DNA of 47,150 nt from Candidatus Gastranaerophilales bacterium. GTDB taxonomy: Bacteria; Cyanobacteriota; Vampirovibrionia; Gastranaerophilales; UBA9971. The stretch covers positions 1 through 47,150 of the forward strand of contig JANQEB010000025.1 in NCBI GenBank assembly GCA_028278605.1, in the 5' to 3' direction. The position numbers were made by a program, and so were the translations under genes. This document shows, piece by piece, positions 42,122 through 47,150 of the stretch (the stretch's first letter is position 1; every line of letters starts with the position of its first letter). The notes under the pieces were generated by a model that was not told the DNA's origin, searched no databases, and saw only the letters and a program-made list of their open reading frames with translations.

Positions 42122-42342
42122 GGTTCATATGGGGAAAGATTAAAGACGGGATAGTCTGGGCTGTATTAGGTGGTGCAACGGTGTTTATCTATCTGCTCTT
42201 TAAAGAGAAAGACGAGAGATATCAAAGGACTACAAAAGTGAAAGGCAAGAAGGGCTGGAAGAAGACAGGGTTTAGGCCAAATGATTCCAAGCCGATATCC
42301 GACAAAAGGAGACAGGATGAAATTAATAAGCTTAATTCTTAG
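42118..42342 (+). CDS. Putative i-spanin-like protein (N-terminal TM, basic tail)
   Basis: ATGA overlap. TM segment IVWAVLGGATVFIYLLF. Confidence 0.4.
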   Translation: MRFIWGKIKDGIVWAVLGGATVFIYLLFKEKDERYQRTTKVKGKKGWKKTGFRPNDSKPISDKRRQDEINKLNS

Positions 42343-42712
42343 CTTTGTTCTGTTTACTAACTCTGTATTTTCTGACTATTCTTGTCTAACTGATGAGGAA
42401 AGGATTCTCTTTAAAATGGCTTTAAGCAATTCGAAATATTACCATGACTTGTATTTTGAGCATGACATTGTAGAACTTCTAAAGGCCGAGAAGATGAGAG
42501 AGGAGGTCGTTGACGGGGTTCTCGTCGAATACTATCATTTTCATGTCAATCTAATAATTAATAATACAGAATTCTATCGGGTTTGGCCCATGCAGATACA
42601 CTCACACGCGATCAAAGAAGAGAGTAGGTGGGTGAACAATTCCTTATATTTCTTAGGTGGCGTGGCTGTTGGCTTTTTTCTAAGAAACCTGGGGAATCTA
42701 ATCAAAAAATAG
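42317..42712 (+). CDS. Secreted/membrane protein overlapping the previous gene (possible spanin partner)
   Basis: ATG 6 nt after AAAGGAG. Signal peptide MKLISLILSFVLFTNSVFS. C-terminal TM. No classical lipobox. Confidence 0.4.
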   Translation: MKLISLILSFVLFTNSVFSDYSCLTDEERILFKMALSNSKYYHDLYFEHDIVELLKAEKMREEVVDGVLVEYYHFHVNLIINNTEFYRVWPMQIHSHAIKEESRWVNNSLYFLGGVAVGFFLRNLGNLIKK

Positions 42713-42744
42713 ACTTATCTTTAAGTCAATATGTTCCTAGCCTT

Positions 42745-42775
42745 GAGGCCCTGGGTTAACGCCTGGGGCCTTTTT
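42745..42775 (+). terminator. Rho-independent terminator ending the late operon
   Basis: 10-bp stem AGGCCCTGGG / CCTGGGGCCT (two G-U pairs) with a TTAACG loop, followed by TTTTT. Confidence 0.75.
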
Positions 42776-42830
42776 AATCTTAGCAACTAATTAATTCTTA
42801 CGTTTTTTTATGTTTTACGAATAAAAAAGC

Positions 42831-42858
42831 TTTACAAAGTCAGACAAGTTATTATATT
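42831..42858 (+). promoter_or_regulatory. Candidate early promoter
   Basis: TTTACA, a 16-nt spacer, then TATATT. AT-rich UP-like region upstream. The predicted start lies at the base of the 18-bp stem. Confidence 0.5.
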
Positions 42859-42866
42859 AGAAAAGT

Positions 42867-42994
42867 CAATAGTGCTTACAAAGCTTCCCCCCAGGAGCTT
42901 AGGCCTAGTCTCCATGCGGACAGGCTTTAACAAAAGGCACATGGCAGGGTCAGTCTAGGGCTCATTAACTAGACGGGCTTTGTAAGCACTATTG
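42867..42994 (+). ncRNA. Structured 5' leader / candidate cis-regulatory RNA closed by an 18-bp perfect stem
   Basis: CAATAGTGCTTACAAAGC (42867-42884) pairs with GCTTTGTAAGCACTATTG (42977-42994). Internal hairpins GGAG/CTCC, CCATG/CATGG and GTCTAG/CTAGAC. Confidence 0.45.
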
Positions 42995-43009
42995 AAGATG
43001 GGGGTTAAT

Positions 43010-43402
43010 ATGGATTACAAGATTGAACCGGCGATACTCAAAAGACGATGCGATAAATGTCGCCGTGAATTTCTTACTGATGAATTTGAAAGCGCAGGGC
43101 GTTGCGAGGATTGCTTTGAAGATATAAACAAAGAGCAACTAGATTTATTTGTTAGAAACTTGATCAGAGAGGATATGTGTTTTGTAGGAGAGCACTTTGC
43201 GTATATGTCAATAAATATCGGGTATTTGATGGACCGTTCTATTAAGGCAAAGTGGCCTCAAGCTGATAAAGAGTTAATTGATGGGTATATTATCGCGCTA
43301 GATGATTTAGCGTGCAATCACCTTTATGACATTACGCTGAACCCGAATTGGTCAAGAGACAATAGTTTTAAGAGAATGATAGTTTATAGGACGGGTATAT
43401 GA
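43010..43402 (+). CDS. Cys-containing hypothetical early protein
   Basis: ATG after GATGGGGG. The track ORF begins at TTG 42992, inside the stem. Confidence 0.5.
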   Translation: MDYKIEPAILKRRCDKCRREFLTDEFESAGRCEDCFEDINKEQLDLFVRNLIREDMCFVGEHFAYMSINIGYLMDRSIKAKWPQADKELIDGYIIALDDLACNHLYDITLNPNWSRDNSFKRMIVYRTGI

Positions 43403-43683
43403 TGATAAAGTTATATTTAGAACATGATGCAGACGAGCCAATTATTGAGGAGGTTAATTACTCAGATCACCCATACTTAACCGACTTGCAATCAGGCGAC
43501 AAGTTTATCTATGATTACAATTGCTATGTGCTTCACGAAAAGATGTATAATTTTGAGACTAACGAATTGAGATTTCTTTTTAGAGAAATCGGCAAAGACG
43601 GGATGCACCATCTAAAAAATACATCAGTTTATATCGAGGATGCAATCAAAAAACTTGAAGAAGTGTTAGGTATAAAAAAATGA
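43399..43683 (+). CDS. Hypothetical early protein
   Basis: ATGA overlap. Confidence 0.45.
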   Translation: MMIKLYLEHDADEPIIEEVNYSDHPYLTDLQSGDKFIYDYNCYVLHEKMYNFETNELRFLFREIGKDGMHHLKNTSVYIEDAIKKLEEVLGIKK

Positions 43684-44453
43684 TTGATACAAAAGACACA
43701 GGGTTATCAATAACGTCGTCTAACCCATCGGACGAGTATTATGGCATATCAGATGCGGATATTACTGAAAAAGAAAACGCTGTATTGTCTGAGCCGTTAG
43801 ACGAAAATATAGTAGAAATCAGACCAGATGGAATTATCTACGTTCCACAAGAAGCATACAGAGCAATTCTTAATAAAGCCTTTGGCCGTGGAAAGTGGGC
43901 CGTCAAAGAGAAAAGTGTAAGAAATAGTACGATTGATAAGAAGGTTTTTTTTAACGGGATACTTTATATTAAAGGGAAATTCATAGCTGAGGATACCGGC
44001 GAGCAGTCTTATGAAGAAAGCAAGAGTTATGTGATGTCGTTTGCTACGGCCAAGACAGCAGCCAAGTCGGATTTTATCACAAGGGCATGCAAAGACCTCG
44101 GTGTTTACAGCAAGCTTTGGAACCCTGAGTTCATAAGAGATTGGCGAGAAAGGAATGCTGAACAAGTGGAATGTTTGGACAAGGCTAATAAAAGGAAGGT
44201 TATTTGGAGAAGAAAAGATGCACCTTTTTTACCGCCAGGGTATAAAGAGCTACCCGACGACTTTGCTGACATGCCGAAAACCCTTAAGGATAATCTGAAC
44301 TTGCTGTTGAAAAAAAAGATTCAGAGAGCGACAATTTTAAACATAGGCTCTTCTTTGCAGAAAGACTATGAGTTGCTAGAAAAGGTTTCAAAAATAATTT
44401 TACAAGCAATTGAATACAGGGAGTCACATAATGCCACCAAAAAGGGGAAATAA
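43680..44453 (+). CDS. Single-strand annealing protein (Rad52/Sak-like)
   Basis: ATGA overlap. IRPDGIIYVPQEAYRAILNKAFGRGKWAV resembles the Rad52-family core. Paired with an exonuclease downstream. Confidence 0.5.
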   Translation: MIDTKDTGLSITSSNPSDEYYGISDADITEKENAVLSEPLDENIVEIRPDGIIYVPQEAYRAILNKAFGRGKWAVKEKSVRNSTIDKKVFFNGILYIKGKFIAEDTGEQSYEESKSYVMSFATAKTAAKSDFITRACKDLGVYSKLWNPEFIRDWRERNAEQVECLDKANKRKVIWRRKDAPFLPPGYKELPDDFADMPKTLKDNLNLLLKKKIQRATILNIGSSLQKDYELLEKVSKIILQAIEYRESHNATKKGK

Positions 44454-44694
44454 GAAGAATGAGAAAATGTTACAATTTGAAAATTATATTTCAAATTTAA
44501 ATGATAGGATTGATAAATTATCGCATCATCGTGACTCTCTAAAAGAGTTGTATGATAACGAAATGTATTATAACGGGAAAGATGGAAATGAGGCTTGTGA
44601 ATCTAGAAAATTCTTATGGGGATCTATAAACAATCTTGATAAATCGATAGGGGAATTGGTTGAAATTTTAAATGATGCAGAAGGCAGTCTTTAA
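44431..44694 (+). CDS. Hypothetical protein
   Basis: ATG 7 nt after GGGAG. Overlaps the upstream 3' end. Confidence 0.4.
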   Translation: MPPKRGNKKNEKMLQFENYISNLNDRIDKLSHHRDSLKELYDNEMYYNGKDGNEACESRKFLWGSINNLDKSIGELVEILNDAEGSL

Positions 44695-45028
44695 GAGTAT
44701 GAATAAGCAAGTACTAAAGGCCTTGAACCTATCTATAGAAAAATGGGAACGAATCGTAAAAGGTGATGGTGTTGATAGAGGGGAAGATGATTGCGCACTA
44801 TGCAATATGTTCATTAAAGGCAACTGTAGGGGTTGCCCGGTATCTGAGGTTATCGGTTATTGGGGTTGCAATAACACCCCTTATGAAAACTGGACTAGTC
44901 ATCAGAATTTGAAGCATTGGTTGGAGGACGAAAAAAAAGTGCACTGCTCGGAATGCAAAGATTTGGCTACTAAAGAATTAGAGTTTTTAAAGGATCTAAG
45001 GGTTGAATATGAAAGTAATATTAAATAA
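44672..45028 (+). CDS. Cys-rich (zinc-binding-like) hypothetical protein
   Basis: CALC...CRGC...C..C motifs. ATG 44699 is an alternative start. Confidence 0.45.
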   Translation: MMQKAVFKSMNKQVLKALNLSIEKWERIVKGDGVDRGEDDCALCNMFIKGNCRGCPVSEVIGYWGCNNTPYENWTSHQNLKHWLEDEKKVHCSECKDLATKELEFLKDLRVEYESNIK

Positions 45029-45890
45029 AAAAGAACTCGATCAAGAAATAAAAAAGGGCTTATACGGCTTATACCATATGCCATTTGATTTGTACTTACA
45101 GGCCCCTGGAATTTCTCAATCAATGGTCAAAGATTATTTGAAGGCTGCTAGATTGGTCAAAAGTGTTCTTGATGCAAGAGACGAAATGACTGAAGCGATG
45201 AGGGTCGGTTCTATTTTTGATGACTTAATTACTGATGAAAGAAGCTTTAAAAACAAATATGCTATAATTAAAAGTGAAGAAATGTCAAAGCCCGGTGGCG
45301 GGTATTATACAAAATCGGCTAACGTTTTTAAGAACTTTGAAAAAAAGAATGTTGGGAAGATCTGCTTAGTCGAATCCGAGCTTAAGAAATTTAAAGACAT
45401 GAGAGACTCGTTAAGATCAAGCCCAATGTGGGAGAGGCTTATTAAGAGCTATGGGGATTATCAGGTTTGTGCATTCTCAAAGATTGAAGGCGTTCCAGTT
45501 AAGGCCAGGGCAGACTATCTTTGCGGGACTCATATCGTTGACTTTAAGACAGCAAGAAATGCAAGCGAGGAAGGATTTAAGCGTGCAGTCAGTACATATC
45601 GGTATGACATACAGCAAGCATTCTATTTAGAAGTTTTTGGGAAGTTTTTTGAAAACATAGAAGAGTTTTATTTCTTTGTAGTCGAAAAAAAGAAGCCATA
45701 CTTAACCGGGTTTTACACGGTTTCAAGGGCTTCAATGGAGACGGCTGTTGAGGAAATATATGATTCTTTGCACGGGATTGAGGAGTGTATCAATACAGAT
45801 ATTTGGCCGGGTTATGGTGATCATATTGTTACGTTGGATGTCGCTAGAAATAAAGATGAAATCCAGGAGGATGAATATGAGCAATTCTAA
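45009..45890 (+). CDS. PD-(D/E)XK recombination exonuclease (RecE/exonuclease VIII-like domain)
   Basis: KARADYLCGTHIVDFKT (D...D-x-K) and YDIQQAFY motifs. Confidence 0.65.
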   Translation: MKVILNKKELDQEIKKGLYGLYHMPFDLYLQAPGISQSMVKDYLKAARLVKSVLDARDEMTEAMRVGSIFDDLITDERSFKNKYAIIKSEEMSKPGGGYYTKSANVFKNFEKKNVGKICLVESELKKFKDMRDSLRSSPMWERLIKSYGDYQVCAFSKIEGVPVKARADYLCGTHIVDFKTARNASEEGFKRAVSTYRYDIQQAFYLEVFGKFFENIEEFYFFVVEKKKPYLTGFYTVSRASMETAVEEIYDSLHGIEECINTDIWPGYGDHIVTLDVARNKDEIQEDEYEQF

Positions 45891-46146
45891 ATTATATTGC
45901 ACTATGTCCGATGTAGAATCGATTATAGGGTGGTCATTTGGCGCCCAGAGAGAACTTTGCGAGGAAATCGACATAAAGCCTATCAGAGGCCGAAAGGATG
46001 GCTCTAAGGTTCAGTTTGGCTACACCAAAGAGCAATTTGAGGCCTTATTGAAGAGAGGCAATTATGTAACCGTTCATAGAGGCGGTGAAAAGTTTTTAGT
46101 TAATAAGAAAAAATTAAAGGATCATATTGACAATGGATTATACTGA
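45877..46146 (+). CDS. Small possible DNA-binding protein
   Basis: ATG 6 nt after GGAGG. The track ORF extends upstream, within the exonuclease gene. Confidence 0.4.
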   Translation: MSNSKLYCTMSDVESIIGWSFGAQRELCEEIDIKPIRGRKDGSKVQFGYTKEQFEALLKRGNYVTVHRGGEKFLVNKKKLKDHIDNGLY

Positions 46147-46564
46147 TTTGTATAAATACAAAAATGCAGATCAGGCGAGAAAGGGATGCGTTAGGTACTA
46201 CGTCGGGAGATGCATAATAACAGGACTATCAAATTCAGACGGATATACTGTTGTTGGTGGACATATATTTCCAGCTTCAACATATCCTGATTTAAAATCT
46301 TATCGAGAAAACATTATTGCGATCTTGTTTAGTTTGCATACAGGTTCTGACGACACACTTGATTGGATCAAATACAACTTGCAGCAAAGAAAGCCTGTTG
46401 ATAGACTTTATTGGTTAGAAAGTTTAGGTGTTCGAACTGAGCTAAGATCTTTATACAAAAATCAAGTATATGATCTTATGATCCTTTTGAAAGGGAAAAA
46501 AAGGATGGCAGAACTTGATCTAATTAAAAAATACTATGTAAAGAATTTGAGACTAAGTTGGTAA
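46133..46564 (+). CDS. Possible HNH-type nuclease
   Basis: CIITGLSNSDGYTVVGGHIFP resembles the C-x2-G...H-I-x-P HNH layout. This is a weak match. Confidence 0.35.
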   Translation: MDYTDLYKYKNADQARKGCVRYYVGRCIITGLSNSDGYTVVGGHIFPASTYPDLKSYRENIIAILFSLHTGSDDTLDWIKYNLQQRKPVDRLYWLESLGVRTELRSLYKNQVYDLMILLKGKKRMAELDLIKKYYVKNLRLSW

Positions 46565-46568
46565 AATA

Positions 46569-47024
46569 ATGAGAGATCCAGTTTTCACAGGTTACATACG
46601 GCACGACAACAAGAAGTTTTTCTTCAACGCTGGTCAGAAGCAAAAAATGGAGAAGTACATCATGTCGTTAAACAAATCATCAAGTGATGACGTTGACGCA
46701 TACATGATGGTCAAGATCGTTAAGCAAAAAAGAAGTGTTCAGCATAATAATTTATACTACTTGAGAAGAGATATTTTATCACGACACACAGGCATGCATC
46801 CAGACGATTTGCACTCTTACTGTCTCGAAAGATGCGGGTTTGGCGAGTACAAAGACGTTGGTGGAAAGACACGTTTTTCACGTGCTTCTAGCGCAGATTT
46901 GTCGACTCAAGAATTCAGTTCGTTGGTAAGAGTTCAGCAAGATATAGCGAATGAATTAAACCTAGGTCTCGACAAGGATAGACATTTGATCTTACCAGGA
47001 GAGGATGACTTTGAAAGGAGGTGA
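46569..47024 (+). CDS. NinB/Orf-like recombination mediator
   Basis: KRSVQHNNLYYLRRDILS...SRASSADLSTQEFSSLV parallels lambda NinB RSLDQNRKLWACLGDVS...STSRMRVGEFAEL. Confidence 0.5.
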   Translation: MRDPVFTGYIRHDNKKFFFNAGQKQKMEKYIMSLNKSSSDDVDAYMMVKIVKQKRSVQHNNLYYLRRDILSRHTGMHPDDLHSYCLERCGFGEYKDVGGKTRFSRASSADLSTQEFSSLVRVQQDIANELNLGLDKDRHLILPGEDDFERR

Positions 47025-47027
47025 CAT

Positions 47028-47150
47028 ATGAAAGACTATAGAGAGTTGCAAGAGGTAATCAGGCAGAAAGATTTAGAGATAAGCACGTTGAACGTAATGG
47101 TCAATCATCTTAAAGCAGTGAGCGAGTTAGACAAAAACATTATAGAGAGA
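47028..47150 (+). CDS. 5' part of the junction-spanning coiled-coil protein (continues at 1..213)
   Basis: ATG follows AAAGGAGGTGA (47014-47024). The frame is open to the window end and in phase with position 1. Confidence 0.6.
   Translation, partial: MKDYRELQEVIRQKDLEISTLNVMVNHLKAVSELDKNIIER
47052..47150. repeat. Terminal direct repeat, copy 2 (identical to 1..99)
   Basis: Direct comparison of both ends. Confidence 0.95.

Noticed and set aside
1-47150. tRNA genes, stop-codon reassignment and CRISPR/cas content
   Set aside because: I found no cloverleaf-like GTTCGAATC-type T-arm sequences in the intergenic regions. Long ORFs tile the genome under the standard code. No repeat-spacer architecture is present.

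Overview
The window is one complete tailed-phage genome. Positions 1..99 are identical to 47052..47150, and a gene reads through the junction, giving a unit length of about 47,051 bp. The genome looks AT-rich, uses strong Shine-Dalgarno sites, and its genes are often joined by ATGA/TAATG overlaps. Almost everything is on the + strand, in two long transcription units. Unit 1 runs from a promoter and structured leader near 42.83 kb, across the junction, to the terminator at 7.73 kb. It carries a recombination module (Rad52-like annealase, PD-(D/E)XK exonuclease, NinB-like, HNH-like), a replication initiator with internal iterons, a DnaB-like helicase, a repeat-rich protein, a frame-split RusA-like resolvase and an SPFH/band-7 protein. 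Unit 2 runs from an extended -10 promoter at 10.43 kb to the terminator at 42.75 kb. It carries an RHH and a CI-like regulator, a 5.4-kb sugar-acid/glycosylation module, many small ORFs, and TerL. It continues with a Mu-like head module (portal-MuF fusion, gpI-like protease/scaffold, capsid), neck genes, a Maf/DUF115-like transferase and a siphovirus-type tail. The tail has a tube protein, a G/GT chaperone with an A AAA AAG -1 slip site, a tape measure, and three paralogous fibres. A lysis cassette closes the unit. Between the units lies the only minus-strand island (7.8-10.3 kb). It holds a lipoprotein gene with a long hairpin leader and an IS1595-family transposase. Two paralogous cassettes of micro-ORFs flank them; these are invisible in the ORF track. 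I recognised no integrase, partition genes, tRNA, CRISPR or reverse transcriptase. All functional calls come from motif recognition by eye. No database searches were run.
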